Notes under the pieces: model-generated
Database searches by the model: none
Told to the model about the DNA's origin: nothing
Seen by the model: only the letters and a program-made list of their open reading frames with translations
Shown: in pieces, positions 40,951 through 52,928 of the stretch
How positions within the stretch are numbered: position 1 is the stretch's first letter
Layout: every line of letters starts with the position of its first letter
Translations under genes and position numbers: made by a program
Source of the DNA: an uncultured Gemmatimonadaceae bacterium
Lineage (GTDB): Bacteria; Gemmatimonadota; Gemmatimonadetes; Gemmatimonadales; Gemmatimonadaceae
DNA length: 64,000 nt
Direction of reading: 5' to 3'
Assembly (NCBI GenBank): GCA_963843845.1
Contig: CAWJMB010000002.1
Coordinates: forward strand, 2,304,001-2,368,000

Positions 40951-41816
40951 GCGGCCCGCTCGGCGACGCGTTGCTCCTGCGTCGCGAGCCACGCGGCCGG
41001 AACGTGCATCATGCCGATCGTTCGCGGACCCTCACGCTGCCCGTGCCAGTCCGACCCGCCGCTCGGGACGAGCCCGAAGTGCTGCACGAGCGCGGCGAGA
41101 CGGTGCATGTCGTCCGGTGTGTGGCTGGGATGGCGAACTTCGAGCCCATCGAGGCCGGCGGCGACGAGTCGCTCGACGCGCTCGCGCCGGCCGTCTCCCG
41201 CCGGATGAGCCCAGACGGCGAGGCCCCCGGCGTCGTGAACGAGCCGCACCGCGTCACGCACTTCGAGCCGCGGCTTGTCGACGTACGCCGGCTTGCCGGC
41301 GCCGAGGTAGCGGTAGAACGCTTCCCGCTCGTCGCCGACGTGGCCGCCGGCGACGAGCGCGCGCGCCACGTGCGGACGCCCGACGGCGCCGCCGCCGGAC
41401 TGCGCGAGCACGGCGTCGGTCGTGAGCGGCACGCCGACCGCGTTCAGCTTCGCGACGATCTGCTGCGCGCGCGTCACGCGGTCGTCGCGGAATCGAGTCA
41501 GCGACTGCGCCATGCGATCCACGTGCGCCAGATGCAGACCGAGCAGGTGAATCTCCTGCGGGCCGTCGTGGGCGCTCAACTCGACGCCGGCGATCACACG
41601 CACCCCCGCCGCCAGTCCCGCAGCGACCGCCGCAGGGACGCCGCCGACCGTGTCGTGATCGGTGAGCGCGATCGCGGCTAGCCCCGCCGCCTGCGCTGCG
41701 GCGACGACGCTCTCGGGAGGCAGGGCGCCGTCCGAGGCCGTGGAGTGCATGTGGAGATCGACGAAGGGACCGGTCGCCGGCCCGGGCGGCGCCACCGCCG
41801 CTGCGGGATGCGTCAC
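40947..41816 (-). CDS. PHP-domain phosphoesterase (TrpH/YciV-like)
   Basis: DLHMHSTASDG, LTDHDT, GRPH, AHP, GGSDWHG. Confidence 0.92.
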   Translation of the reverse strand: MTHPAAAVAPPGPATGPFVDLHMHSTASDGALPPESVVAAAQAAGLAAIALTDHDTVGGVPAAVAAGLAAGVRVIAGVELSAHDGPQEIHLLGLHLAHVDRMAQSLTRFRDDRVTRAQQIVAKLNAVGVPLTTDAVLAQSGGGAVGRPHVARALVAGGHVGDEREAFYRYLGAGKPAYVDKPRLEVRDAVRLVHDAGGLAVWAHPAGDGRRERVERLVAAGLDGLEVRHPSHTPDDMHRLAALVQHFGLVPSGGSDWHGQREGPRTIGMMHVPAAWLATQEQRVAERAA

Positions 41817-42097
41817 TCGCCGCCCGGCGGTGACCTGCGGTACCCGCCTTCGGGCGATGTGTCGCTCGCCTGCGACTGCGCGAGCAGCGTGGCGAGCTGC
41901 GCGTCGGTGAGCTCGGCGAGCGATCGTTCGCGCGAGCGGGTGCCGTGCGGCGAGTAGCGCGTGATGCGGACCTCGCGCGCCGACCCTTCTCCGGCGACGA
42001 AGATCAAGCCGAACTCGTCGAGGGTGTTGACAGTCGTGAAGCCCGACGGCTGCACCTGCCAGCGGCGGCCGTCGACGTCGATCGTGCGAATGGGCAT
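41813..42097 (-). CDS. Small hypothetical protein
   Basis: 94-aa ORF whose stop overlaps the PHP gene start. Confidence 0.65.
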   Translation of the reverse strand: MPIRTIDVDGRRWQVQPSGFTTVNTLDEFGLIFVAGEGSAREVRITRYSPHGTRSRERSLAELTDAQLATLLAQSQASDTSPEGGYRRSPPGGE

Positions 42098-42110
42098 CGC
42101 CGGGGTGAGT

Positions 42111-42467
42111 TCAGGGGTGCGGTGCGGTAGTGCCGAGCGGCGCGGCAGCGCCTGACGGCGCTGCGATCAGCTCGCCGAAGATCTCGATCCGCGCGGACGC
42201 CTCGGCGTGTGTGGGCGGTAGACGACTGTCCAGCGCCTCGCTGAACAGTGCGTCGTGTGCGAGCGCCGAGTCGAGGGCGGACCGGTCGGACGTCTCGATG
42301 AACTCGAGAAACCGGCCTCGCTCCGCCTCGTGCTCGAATGCCCAGAAGCGAACGCTGCGCGCCGCCGCGCTCGCGCGCCGCTCGTGCAGCCGCGCGAGGT
42401 ACGGCGCGCGCTCGCCATCGTGCACGCGGACCGTGCGGACGGCGAGCGCGTGCGGCCGTTCGCTCAG
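42111..42467 (-). CDS. Small hypothetical protein; possible CTG start
   Basis: 3' part of ORF 42111-43175 (LSERPHALAV...RFWAFEHEAERGRFLEFIE) fills the gap after E2. Confidence 0.55.
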   Translation of the reverse strand: MSERPHALAVRTVRVHDGERAPYLARLHERRASAAARSVRFWAFEHEAERGRFLEFIETSDRSALDSALAHDALFSEALDSRLPPTHAEASARIEIFGELIAAPSGAAAPLGTTAPHP

Positions 42468-43894
42468 AAGCCGTTCTCCGGAAAGCTCTCGAGCGTCTTC
42501 TTCACGAATGCCATGAACTTGTCGGCATCCGAGCCGTCGACGATGCGATGGTCGAAGGACATCGAGAAGTACGCGCACGTGCGGATCGCGATCGTGTCCT
42601 CCCCGTCGCCGCCCGTGATGACTTTGGGCCGCTTCTCGATGGCGCCGACGCCCATGATCCCCGACGTCGGGACCGGGATGATCGGCGTTCCCATGAGCGA
42701 TCCGAACACGCCAGGGTTCGTGATCGTGAACGTCGCGCCCTGCACTTCCTGCGGCTGCAGCTTCTTGACGCGGGCGCGGTTCGCGAGGTCGTTCAGCTGC
42801 CGCGTGAGTCCGGTCAGCGACAGATCGTCGGCGTGCTTGATGACCGGGACGATGAGCCCCCAGTCGAGCGCGACGGCGATCCCGATGTTGTACTGCTTCC
42901 GGTAGATGATGTTGTTGCCGCTCACCGCCGCGTTCAGCACGGGAAACTGCTTCAGCCCGTCGACGACCGCGCGGATGATGAACGGCAGGTACGTGAGCTT
43001 CTCGCCGGTCGCGCGCTCGAACTCGGCGCGCTTGGCGGCACGGATGCGGGCGACGCGCGTGAGATCGATCTCGAAGAAGCTGGTGACGTGCGCGTTCAGG
43101 CGGCGCGAGAGAACCATGTGATCCGCCGTGAGCTGGCGGATCTTGCTCATCGGCTCGACGACGTCGCCCGGCCACGGGTCCACCACCGGCCCCTGCAGTT
43201 CGGCGGGCGCCGGAACGCGGGGTTCCGGACTCGTGGCGGCGGGGGTCGCGTGGGCCGCGGGTGCCGCATCACGGGTCCCGACGCCGCTCTCGAGCACGCC
43301 CAAGATGTCGCGCTTCGTGACGCGGCCGGCGATGCCGGAGCCGTGCAGCCCGGCGAGCTCGATCCCGTGCTCCGCGGCGATCTTGCGGACGAGTGGCGAG
43401 CTGCGGGTACGGAGGCGGTCTTCGAGCCCGCTTCCGCTGCCCGACTCCGGCGCGGTCGCGGCATCGGCGCTGCCCGCGTTCGACTGGCCGCCGCCCGCGC
43501 TCGCCGCGGGGGCATCGTTCGGGCGGGGGGCTGGCACCTCGCCGGCGGGTGGCGCCGCGCTCGACGCCGTCGCGGGCGCCGCCGCCGACGTGGGCGCCGG
43601 CGTGGGCGCCGGCGTGGGCGCCGGCGTGGGCGCATCGAGCGAGAACGCGCCCTTGTCCGTTTCCAACCGCGCCACGACGGTCCCGACGGCGACCGTCTGG
43701 CCTTCCGTCACGCTGATCTCCGCGAGCACGCCCGCGGAGGGCGCGGGGATCTCCGCGTCGACCTTGTCGGTCGAGATCTCGAAGATCGGCTCGTCGCGCT
43801 TCACTTCGTCGCCGACCTTCTTCAACCACCGCGACAGCGTGCCCTCGGCGATCGACTCGCCCATCTGGGGCATGATGACGTCTACACGAGCCAC
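42464..43894 (-). CDS. 2-oxoacid dehydrogenase E2 (dihydrolipoamide acyltransferase)
   Basis: Lipoyl motif STDKVDAE, E3-binding GSGIAGRVTKRD, catalytic FDHRIVDG. Confidence 0.95.
   Translation of the reverse strand: MARVDVIMPQMGESIAEGTLSRWLKKVGDEVKRDEPIFEISTDKVDAEIPAPSAGVLAEISVTEGQTVAVGTVVARLETDKGAFSLDAPTPAPTPAPTPAPTSAAAPATASSAAPPAGEVPAPRPNDAPAASAGGGQSNAGSADAATAPESGSGSGLEDRLRTRSSPLVRKIAAEHGIELAGLHGSGIAGRVTKRDILGVLESGVGTRDAAPAAHATPAATSPEPRVPAPAELQGPVVDPWPGDVVEPMSKIRQLTADHMVLSRRLNAHVTSFFEIDLTRVARIRAAKRAEFERATGEKLTYLPFIIRAVVDGLKQFPVLNAAVSGNNIIYRKQYNIGIAVALDWGLIVPVIKHADDLSLTGLTRQLNDLANRARVKKLQPQEVQGATFTITNPGVFGSLMGTPIIPVPTSGIMGVGAIEKRPKVITGGDGEDTIAIRTCAYFSMSFDHRIVDGSDADKFMAFVKKTLESFPENGF
43589..43633. 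repeat. 12-bp tandem repeat (PAPT) in the E2 linker
   Basis: cgtgggcgccgg repeated about 3.7 times. Confidence 0.8.
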
Positions 43895-43898
43895 AGCT

Positions 43899-44195
43899 TC
43901 ACCCTCGCAAGGAATGGTCGGTCGGCGGGCGCGACATCAGCCGCCGCAGCACGAGCGCCGGGAGCGACAGCGCGCCCAGGAGCGCGCCGACGCCGGCGTA
44001 GACGTGCCAGTTACACGTTGGAATGTCGGGACACGACGGCGCCTTCGTGAAGAAGGCGACGATCTTCGAAACGAGCACCGCGATCATCGCGCCACTCACC
44101 GCGCCGACCGGGAGCATGAAGCACCCGATCGCGAACTTCGGCGGCCCTCCGCCTGACGGCTCCGCCGGCGGAGCCGTGCGACGCGCGTCGGCCAT
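43899..44195 (-). CDS. Small two-TM protein with a Cys pair in the loop
   Basis: MADARR...GCFMLPVGAVSGAMIAVLVSKIV..SCPDIPTCNW..VGALLGALSLP; TGATG overlap with the E1 beta stop. Confidence 0.65.
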   Translation of the reverse strand: MADARRTAPPAEPSGGGPPKFAIGCFMLPVGAVSGAMIAVLVSKIVAFFTKAPSCPDIPTCNWHVYAGVGALLGALSLPALVLRRLMSRPPTDHSLRG

Positions 44196-45172
44196 CAATA
44201 TGCCGCCAGACGGCGCGCCGCGACGACGACATCCGCCGTCTGTGGCAACACGAAGTCCTCGAGCGACGGCGCGTACGGCAGCGGCACATCGTGCGCGGTC
44301 ACCCGCAGCACCGGCGCGTCGAGCCACTCGAAGCACGTCTCGTTGATGCGCGCGGTGATCTCGCCGGCGATGCCGCCGGTGCGCGTGTCCTCGTGCACGA
44401 TCAGCACACGGTTGGTCTTCTTCACGGTCGCCTCGATCGCCGCGTCGTCGAGCGGCGCGAGCGTGCGCAGGTCGACGACTTCGACCGAGAGGCCGTCTTC
44501 GGCCGCGAGCTGTTCCGCGGCCTCGAGCGCCTTGTAGACGGTCGCCGCGTACGTGATGATCGAGAGGTCGGACCCTTCGCGCGCGACACGCGCCTTGCCT
44601 AACGGCACGACGTGATCGCCCGCCGGCATCACGCCCTTGATTCGGCGATAGAGGTACTTGTGCTCGAAGAACAGCACGCAATCCTCGTCCCGGATCGCCG
44701 CCTTCATGAGGCCCTTCGCGTCCTCCGCCGTCGACGGATACACGACTTTGAGCCCGGGCGTGTGGATGAACCCGGCCTCAGGGTTCTGCGAGTGGAACGG
44801 CCCTCCACGCACGTAGCCGCCGCTCGGTCCTCGAACGACCATGGGACACGGAAGGAACGCGCGGTAGCGCGCGGTCGCGACGTAGTTGGTCAGGATGTCG
44901 TACGCGTTCGCGATGAAGTCGATGAACTGCATCTCGACGACGGGGCGCATCCCCATGTGTGCCGCGCCCGCCGCCGCGCCGACGATCCCGATCTCCGAGA
45001 TCGGCGAGTCGATGACGCGCCCCGCACCGAACCGCGCGAGCAGGCCTTCGGTGACCTTGAACGCCCCGCCGAACGCACCGATGTCCTCGCCGAGGCACAA
45101 GACGTTCGCGTCGCGCGCCATCTCCTCGAACAGCGCTTCCCGGATCGCCTCGAGATACGTGATCTCCGCCAT
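44195..45172 (-). CDS. 2-oxoacid dehydrogenase E1 beta subunit
   Basis: GEDIG..GG.F, DSPISE, EMQFIDF, GPFHSQ, DLRTL. Confidence 0.95.
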   Translation of the reverse strand: MAEITYLEAIREALFEEMARDANVLCLGEDIGAFGGAFKVTEGLLARFGAGRVIDSPISEIGIVGAAAGAAHMGMRPVVEMQFIDFIANAYDILTNYVATARYRAFLPCPMVVRGPSGGYVRGGPFHSQNPEAGFIHTPGLKVVYPSTAEDAKGLMKAAIRDEDCVLFFEHKYLYRRIKGVMPAGDHVVPLGKARVAREGSDLSIITYAATVYKALEAAEQLAAEDGLSVEVVDLRTLAPLDDAAIEATVKKTNRVLIVHEDTRTGGIAGEITARINETCFEWLDAPVLRVTAHDVPLPYAPSLEDFVLPQTADVVVAARRLAAY

Positions 45173-46323
45173 CAGGCGTCTTCCTGCGCGACGGTCGTTG
45201 CAGCCGGTGTCGCCCCCGCGGCCGCGTTGGGCCAGGTGCCCCACCCCTCGGCGCGCTCGTTCGCGCCGACCGCGCTGCGGACCCCTTCACGGAACCAGAG
45301 CGGGCGCTCGGCCGATGGGTCGGCATAGATGCCGACGAGCGCGTCGAGCGGCTCCGGCACGCCCGACCGCTCGGCGATCTCGGTCGCGTCGTCGACCTCG
45401 CGGCGGACACGCTCGTCCACGGCGGCGACGTCGTCTGCGGTGAAGCCGAGCTCACCCGTGAGGCGCGCCACGTAGCGATCGATCGGGTCGTTCTCGGAGG
45501 CCCATCGCTCGATCTCGCCGGCCGGCACGTAGCTCTGGTTGTCGTGCTCGGCGTGTCCCTTCCGCCGATACGTCATCAGCTCGACGAGCGTCACACCCTC
45601 GCCGCGACGCGCGCGATCGACCGCCGCCTTCGTCACGTCGTACACCGCGAGCACGTCGTTCCCGTCCGCCTGGGCGCCGACGATCCCGTAGCCGATCGCC
45701 TTGTCCACGAACTGCCTCGCGAGCGTCTGCTTCTCGGTCGGCGTCGAGTAGGCGTAGCCGTTGTTCTCGACGACGACGACGAGCGGGCACCGCTGCACCG
45801 CGGCGAAGTTGATCCCCTCGTGAAACGCGCCGGTGGAGGTCGCGCCGTCGCCGACGTAGACGAGGCCGACGCGATCTTCACCGCGTGCCTTGAACGACAG
45901 CGTCACGCCGGCCATCACGGGCACCATGTCGCCCAACGGTGAGATCTGCCCGATGAACCCGCGTTCGAGGTCGCCGAAGTGGATGTTGAGCTCGCGCCCG
46001 CGTGTCGGGGAGTCGCCGCGCGCCATGTATTGCTTGAGCACCTCGACCGGCGTCGCACCCTTCACGAGCATCGAGCCGAGGTTGCGAATGAGCGGCGACA
46101 TGATGTCGCGGCGCTCGAGCGCGAATGCGCTGCCGACGGCGTCCGCCTCCTGGCCCAACGAGCGAAAGAGACCGCCGACGACCTTCGTCTGGCGGTAGAG
46201 CGCGACGAGCCGCTCCTCGAGCGTGCGCGTGAGGCGCATCCAGTAGTACAGCTCGAGCGTTCGTTCACGGGTGAGGCTGTCGGACGGCCGGGGCTCCTGG
46301 CGTTTCGCGGACCGTGCCATCAA
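45172..46323 (-). CDS. 2-oxoacid dehydrogenase E1 alpha subunit
   Basis: TPP motif GDGATSTG...ENNGYA; TYRRKGHAEHD. Confidence 0.93.
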   Translation of the reverse strand: MMARSAKRQEPRPSDSLTRERTLELYYWMRLTRTLEERLVALYRQTKVVGGLFRSLGQEADAVGSAFALERRDIMSPLIRNLGSMLVKGATPVEVLKQYMARGDSPTRGRELNIHFGDLERGFIGQISPLGDMVPVMAGVTLSFKARGEDRVGLVYVGDGATSTGAFHEGINFAAVQRCPLVVVVENNGYAYSTPTEKQTLARQFVDKAIGYGIVGAQADGNDVLAVYDVTKAAVDRARRGEGVTLVELMTYRRKGHAEHDNQSYVPAGEIERWASENDPIDRYVARLTGELGFTADDVAAVDERVRREVDDATEIAERSGVPEPLDALVGIYADPSAERPLWFREGVRSAVGANERAEGWGTWPNAAAGATPAATTVAQEDA

Positions 46324-46613
46324 TACGCCGCCTCGATCACGTGCCCCGGGTCAGCCGCTCGATGCAGCTCCACGAAGAACTTCTTCACGTTCTTGTCCAG
46401 CCGGCTCTCGCCGATCTGGTCGGTCGCGGCCTCGACGAAGGTGTAGTGTCCGCCCTCCATCTTCACGCTCAGCGCCAGCGTGCCTAACGGTCCGGTGAAG
46501 GTGCGCGACCGCGCGCCGCTCGACGATGCGGTCATCTGCAGGCGCGCGAAGAACGCGTCCGCCGCGCTCATCACGGCCGCGGGGGCGACGCTGGTCCGGT
46601 GAAAGAGGCGCAT
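46320..46613 (-). CDS. Small hypothetical protein
   Basis: MRLFHRTSV...GESRLDKNVKKFFVELH; stop/start overlaps on both sides. Confidence 0.65.
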   Translation of the reverse strand: MRLFHRTSVAPAAVMSAADAFFARLQMTASSSGARSRTFTGPLGTLALSVKMEGGHYTFVEAATDQIGESRLDKNVKKFFVELHRAADPGHVIEAAY

Positions 46614-47070
46614 CAGCGGGCGGGCGCGGGCGCGGCGGTCGCGGGGCGCTCGGTCATCGGCCGGGCGCCGCGGATCGTGTACACGAGGTCGTCGACCGGT
46701 TTCTCGAGGCGCTGCGTGGAGTCGCGCCGGAACTGCAGATTCACATTCCAGTCGCCGGCCGTGATGAAGTTCATCCGGGCCGTGTACTGCCCGGGCTCCG
46801 CCGTGGGCTCGAACGAGTCCCATCGGTTCGCGCGGTCGCGGCTCGTCGCGAAGATGCGCCCCTCGCCATTCTGCACGAACTCGCGCGTCTTCCGATCGAG
46901 CACGGTGACGTGAAAGATGATCGGCTCCCGCGCGCGGAGTGGCGACGGGTCGGTCGTGATCTGGAACTCGAAGCTGTCGGTCCACGCGCGGGTGGGACGC
47001 GGCGCCGGGGCCGCACACGCGGCGACGAGCAACGCGCTCACCAGCGCCGATCGTACGACCCCGACGTTCG

Positions 47071-47074
<4 letters not shown>
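46613..47074 (-). CDS. Lipoprotein with FixH/YtkA-like Ig fold
   Basis: Lipobox VAAC; PGQYTARMNFITAGDWNV resembles the YtkA/FixH G.Y...F...G.W pattern. Confidence 0.6.
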
Positions 47075-48396
<1,322 letters not shown>

Positions 48397-48413
48397 GAAA
48401 GAGATCTCCAGGG

Positions 48414-49155
48414 TCAGGAACGCGGAGCGCGTCCGCGGGTGCCCCTACTGGGCAGCACGTTTTCGAGTACCGGCTCGACGGCGGCGTGCGACACGGCCGG
48501 CGTGACTCGGTCCGGGTGGTCGATCGGCTGCGTGACCCGGTGCACGTACAGGATGCGCTGCACCGCCGTGATCCACGCGGTGACGGAGAGCAGCGCCACG
48601 ATGAGCATCAGCACGTAGCCGTCGAGCGCGAGCCCGAAGAACGCCTGCGGCGCCGAGAGCAGCATGACGCGCTCGGGACGCTGCATCAACCCCACCTTGG
48701 CGTCGATGCCGAGCGCCTCGGCGCGGGCGCGGGTGTAGGAGGTGAGGAAGGTCCCGATGATGCCGAGGATCGTGAGCGCGACCATCGGCGTGCCGGCCCA
48801 GTGGGGTACGCCGTGCAGCACGTCGTTGCGCGCGAAGAAGATCGCGAGCCCGCCGAGGACGGCACCGTCGGCGACCCGATCGAGCGTCGAGTCGTAGAAC
48901 GCGCCGAACACCGTGGTGCGGCCGCTCGCGCGGGCCACCTTGCCGTCGAGCACGTCGATGACGGCGGTGAGGCCGATCCACCAGCCCGGCGACCATGATG
49001 TGCCCGCTGGCGAACATCCCTCCGCCCGCGACGTAGGCGAGCGTCCCGAGCGTCGTGATGGTGTTCGGGCCGACACCGGCGCGCACCAGCCACCCGGCGA
49101 GCGGGTCGATGAGGGCGAGATACCCTCGCTGGATGGCCGACCAGAGACGCAGCAT
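48414..49155 (-). CDS. CDP-alcohol phosphatidyltransferase (PI/PIP synthase-like; frameshift near 48985)
   Basis: PNTIT; DVLDGKVAR...FGAFYDSTLDRVAD; SYTRARAE; RPER. Confidence 0.88.
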
Positions 49156-49257
49156 GAGGTGACATGCGGGGTGAACGACGTGCGCCCCGCCTCCCGATCT
49201 CCGTCTCGTGCAGGGGCCGGAGCGGGGGGCGCTCCGGGCCGGAAAGCTATCGCCGGC

Positions 49258-49614
49258 TCAGGGCACTCGCCACGTGTACCCGCCGCCGAGTGTCACGTTC
49301 TCCCGGGTATAGCTCACCGACCCGTCGACCGGCGCGGCGCGCAGGGTGACCGACGTGCTCGTCGAGACGCCGCGGACCGCAAGGGTCTCCGTCGTTTTCG
49401 CGGCGACCTGGCGCACGAAGAGCTCGCCGCCTCCGCCCGGACGCACGTAGACGTTCACCGCCTGCGCCAGGTTGTTCGTGAACGCGATCGACGTCGCCGA
49501 CGCGGCGGTCGGCGACTCGCCGGTCCGGACCTCGACCTGTCGCGCGCAGGCGACCGATGCCGTCGAGAATGCCGCCAGGAGCAGGGCGGTCGGAAGTCGC
49601 AGATGTCGACGCAT
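49258..49614 (-). CDS. Small lipoprotein, hypothetical
   Basis: MRRHLRLPTALLLAAFSTASVAC lipobox followed by a beta-rich domain. Confidence 0.65.
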   Translation of the reverse strand: MRRHLRLPTALLLAAFSTASVACARQVEVRTGESPTAASATSIAFTNNLAQAVNVYVRPGGGGELFVRQVAAKTTETLAVRGVSTSTSVTLRAAPVDGSVSYTRENVTLGGGYTWRVP

Positions 49615-49750
49615 GAACCCTCGGACGTTCGAGTAGGGCACGCGCCAGTCAGGCGCAGCGCCGGTGTCTGCCCCCGCAGGGTGCAAGAGCCATGCACGAT
49701 CGGTAACTTCGCCAGCCCCGCGCTCGCCGCGCCGCCACGCCTTCCTCCCG

Positions 49751-51636
49751 ATGGCCCGCATGGCCGCTCCCTCCCGCCGCCCCGTTCGTCGACGTCTCAC
49801 GCGCACGCTCGGCCTGGTCGTACTCGGTGGGTGTGCGACGGCCGCGCCGGCCGTGGCACCGCCGCCCGCGGCCCCTCCGCACGAGGCACCCCCTGCTCCG
49901 CCGCCGAGCGCGGCGCTCGACGTCGATCGTCGCGTTGACCGTCGCGGAGCAGCAGTGGGTGGAGCGAACGCTCGCGTCGCTCTCGCTGCGCGACCGGGCC
50001 GCACAGCTCGTCACCGTCTGGGTGCTCGGCGACTACACGAACTTCGAGGACACGAGCTTCGTGCAGGTGCGCCGCTGGATCGAGCAGGACCACGTCGGCG
50101 GCGTCGTGATGTCGCTCGGCTCGCCGCTCGAGGTCGCGGCGAAGGTGAACGCCATGCAGCAGCTCGCGCTGGCGCTGCCGTCGCGCATCCCGCTGCTCAT
50201 CTCGTCGGACGTCGAGCCCGGACTCGGGCGGATGGAAGGGCGGCGTGTTCACGACGCAGCTCTGGAGCGCCGGCTCGGCGACCGTGCTGCCGACGAACAT
50301 GGCGATCGGCGCGAGCGGCGCCGACGCCGACGCGGAGATGGCCGGGCGCATCATCGGCCGCGAGTCGCGCGCCACCGGCGTCCACGTCGCGTTCGCGCCG
50401 GTCGTGGACGTCAACAACAATCCGGCGAACCCGGTGATCAATACGCGTTCGTTCGGCGAGGAGCCGGAGCGCGTCGCGCGGCTGTCGGCGGCGTTCACGC
50501 GGGGCGTCCAGGCGGAGGGCACCGCCGCCGTCGCGAAGCACTTCCCGGGGCACGGCGACACCGACACCGACTCGCACCTCGCCCTGCCGGTCGTGCGCTC
50601 CGATCGCGCCCGGCTCGACTCGGTCGAGCTCGTGCCCTTCCGCGCCGCGATCCAGGCGGGGGTGGCGGGGATCATGACGGCGCACATCGCGCTGCCGGCC
50701 GTCGAGCGCGACAGCACGCCGGCGACGCTCTCTCGTCCGATCATGACGGGTCTGCTGCGCGACACGCTCGGCTTTCGCGGCGTCACGTTCACGGACGCGA
50801 TGACGATGGAGGGGATCGGCAAGGGCTACACGATCGATCGCAGCGGGCCGCTCGCGATCGAGGCCGGGGACGACGTGCTGCTGATGCCGTCCAACGTGCC
50901 GCGGATGCTCGACGCGATCGTCGCGCGTGTCGAGCGCGGCGCGATTCCGCGCGAGACGATCGACGCGTCGGTCCGCCGCGTGCTGTCGCTGAAGGTCCGC
51001 ACCGGCGCCGTCGCCCGCCCGCTCGTCTCGCTCGATTCACTGCGCGGCGTCGTCGGCGCGCCGGCGCACTGGAGCGCGGCACGCGGCATCGCGGAGCGCG
51101 CCATCACCCTGCTCCGCGACAGCGCGTCGCTCGTCCCGATGCGCGGCGCGCGGACGCTGACGGCGATCGTCTACGCGCCGGACAACGAGCCCGTCGCCGG
51201 CACCGCGTTCGTCGCCGAGCTGCGCGCGAGCGGGCTCGCGGTGCGCGACTTGCGCGTCTCGCCGCGAACGCGCGGTGACGGCGCTCGACTCGGTCGCGTG
51301 TGGCGGCGCGAACGAGCGACCGCATCGTCGTGTACACCTACACGCGCACGCTCGAGGGGAACGGCCGCCTCGCGATCCCGGCCCACGTCGCCGCCTGGGT
51401 CGACGGGCTCGCGTCGACGGGCAAGCTCATCGTCGCCTCGGGGGGCAATCCGTACGTGATCCGGCAGTTTCCGCGCGTCGGCACCTATCTCGTCAACTAC
51501 GGGCGCGGCGACGCAGTCGAGCGAGCGACGGCGCGTGCGATCGCTCGGGCGCGCGGCGATCACCGGTCGCGCGCCGGTGACGCTTCCGGGCTTCTTCGCA
51601 CGGGGCGACGGGATCGCGCGGGAGGTGGCTCGATGA
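49751..51636 (+). CDS. nagZ: GH3 beta-N-acetylglucosaminidase, lipoprotein (several frameshifts)
   Basis: DVEPG, APVVDVNNNPANPVINTRSFGE, KHFPGHGDTDTDSH, TDAMTM; the signal peptide and C-terminal domain lie in other frames. Confidence 0.88.
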
Positions 51637-52928
51637 GCCGCATCGTCCGCAGCCTCGCGCTCCTGACCGCGGCCGCGTGCGCGGCGAGCCCGCGGGAGTC
51701 CGCGCCACCACAGGCGACGCCGCGCGCCGCCCCGTCGTCGACGTCGCCTGCTGCGACGTCGGTCCCCGCGAGCGTCGCCGACGGCCGCGTCGCGTCGCCG
51801 CCTTCGGGACGCGTGCCGCCGGGCGTCGCGCGTCAGGTGCAGGACTCCGTCGAGCGCGTCCTGAATGCCGCCGCCGCCGACAGCGCGTTTCCCGGCGGCT
51901 ACGCCGTCGTCGGCACGCGCGACGGCATCGTCGCCGAGTACGGCGTCGGGCGCATCGATTGGAGGGCGGATGCGCCGAGACCCGACGCCCACACGCTCTG
52001 GGACATGGCATCGCTGACGAAGGTGACGGCGACCACGAGCGCGATCATGCAGCTCGTGGAGCAGGGGCGAGTGTCGCTCGACGCGCCCGTGCAGCGCTAC
52101 CTCCCGGAGTGGCGGGGACGCGGGAAGGAGGCAGTGACCGTCCGCCACCTCGTCACGCACGCGTCGGGGCTGCCGCCGTTCAAGGTGTTCCCGATGGACA
52201 TCGGCGCCGACAGCACCCGCACGCTCTTCCTCGGCGTGCAGCTCGACACGGTACCGAACGCGAGGATGGCGTACAGCGACATCGGCTTCGTGCTCACGGG
52301 ACTGATCGTCGAACGTGTGAGCGGTGAGACGCTCGACCAGTACGTGGTGCGACACGTGTACGGACCGTTGGGCATGCACGAGACGTACTTCCGACCGCCG
52401 GCGACGGAGATGGCGCGCATCGCGCCGACCGAGACCCAGGCGTTCCGCGGCGGTCAGGTGCGCGGGATCGTGCACGACGAGCGCGCGTGGCGCATGGACG
52501 GCGTCGCCGGACACGCCGGCCTCTTCTCCACCGCGTCCGACATGGCGCGGCTGTGTCGGATGTACCTGAACGGCGGGGCGTTAGGCGGCACGCGCGTGTT
52601 CGCCGAGGGCACCATCCGTCAGTTCACGAGCTACGCGGATTCGACGTTCTCGAACCGCGCGTTGGGTTGGCAGAAGCCGGACGCCGCGGGGGTGAAGTTC
52701 GGCGGCGGGACGCCGTGGGCGGGACGCGTCGCGACGTCGAGCGCGTTCGGGCATACGGGCTTCACCGGCACCTCGCTCTACATCGATCCGGCGCGCGACG
52801 TCTTCGTGCTGCTGTTCACGAATCGCGTGAACCCGACGCGCGACAACAACAAGATCGGCGCCGTCCGCTCGCGACTCACGAACGCCGTCGTCGGCGCACT
52901 CGGGACATTCGCCGCACCGCGCCGATGA
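51633..52928 (+). CDS. Serine hydrolase, beta-lactamase family (AmiE-like), lipoprotein
   Basis: SxxK motif ASLTK, YSD, AGHAGLFS, GHTGFTGT; ATGA overlap with the GH3 gene. Confidence 0.88.
   Translation: MSRIVRSLALLTAAACAASPRESAPPQATPRAAPSSTSPAATSVPASVADGRVASPPSGRVPPGVARQVQDSVERVLNAAAADSAFPGGYAVVGTRDGIVAEYGVGRIDWRADAPRPDAHTLWDMASLTKVTATTSAIMQLVEQGRVSLDAPVQRYLPEWRGRGKEAVTVRHLVTHASGLPPFKVFPMDIGADSTRTLFLGVQLDTVPNARMAYSDIGFVLTGLIVERVSGETLDQYVVRHVYGPLGMHETYFRPPATEMARIAPTETQAFRGGQVRGIVHDERAWRMDGVAGHAGLFSTASDMARLCRMYLNGGALGGTRVFAEGTIRQFTSYADSTFSNRALGWQKPDAAGVKFGGGTPWAGRVATSSAFGHTGFTGTSLYIDPARDVFVLLFTNRVNPTRDNNKIGAVRSRLTNAVVGALGTFAAPRR

Noticed and set aside
34459..43633. Short tandem repeats in the amidase and E2 genes as CRISPR or regulatory arrays
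   Set aside because: They are in-frame low-complexity linker repeats with no spacers and no cas genes.
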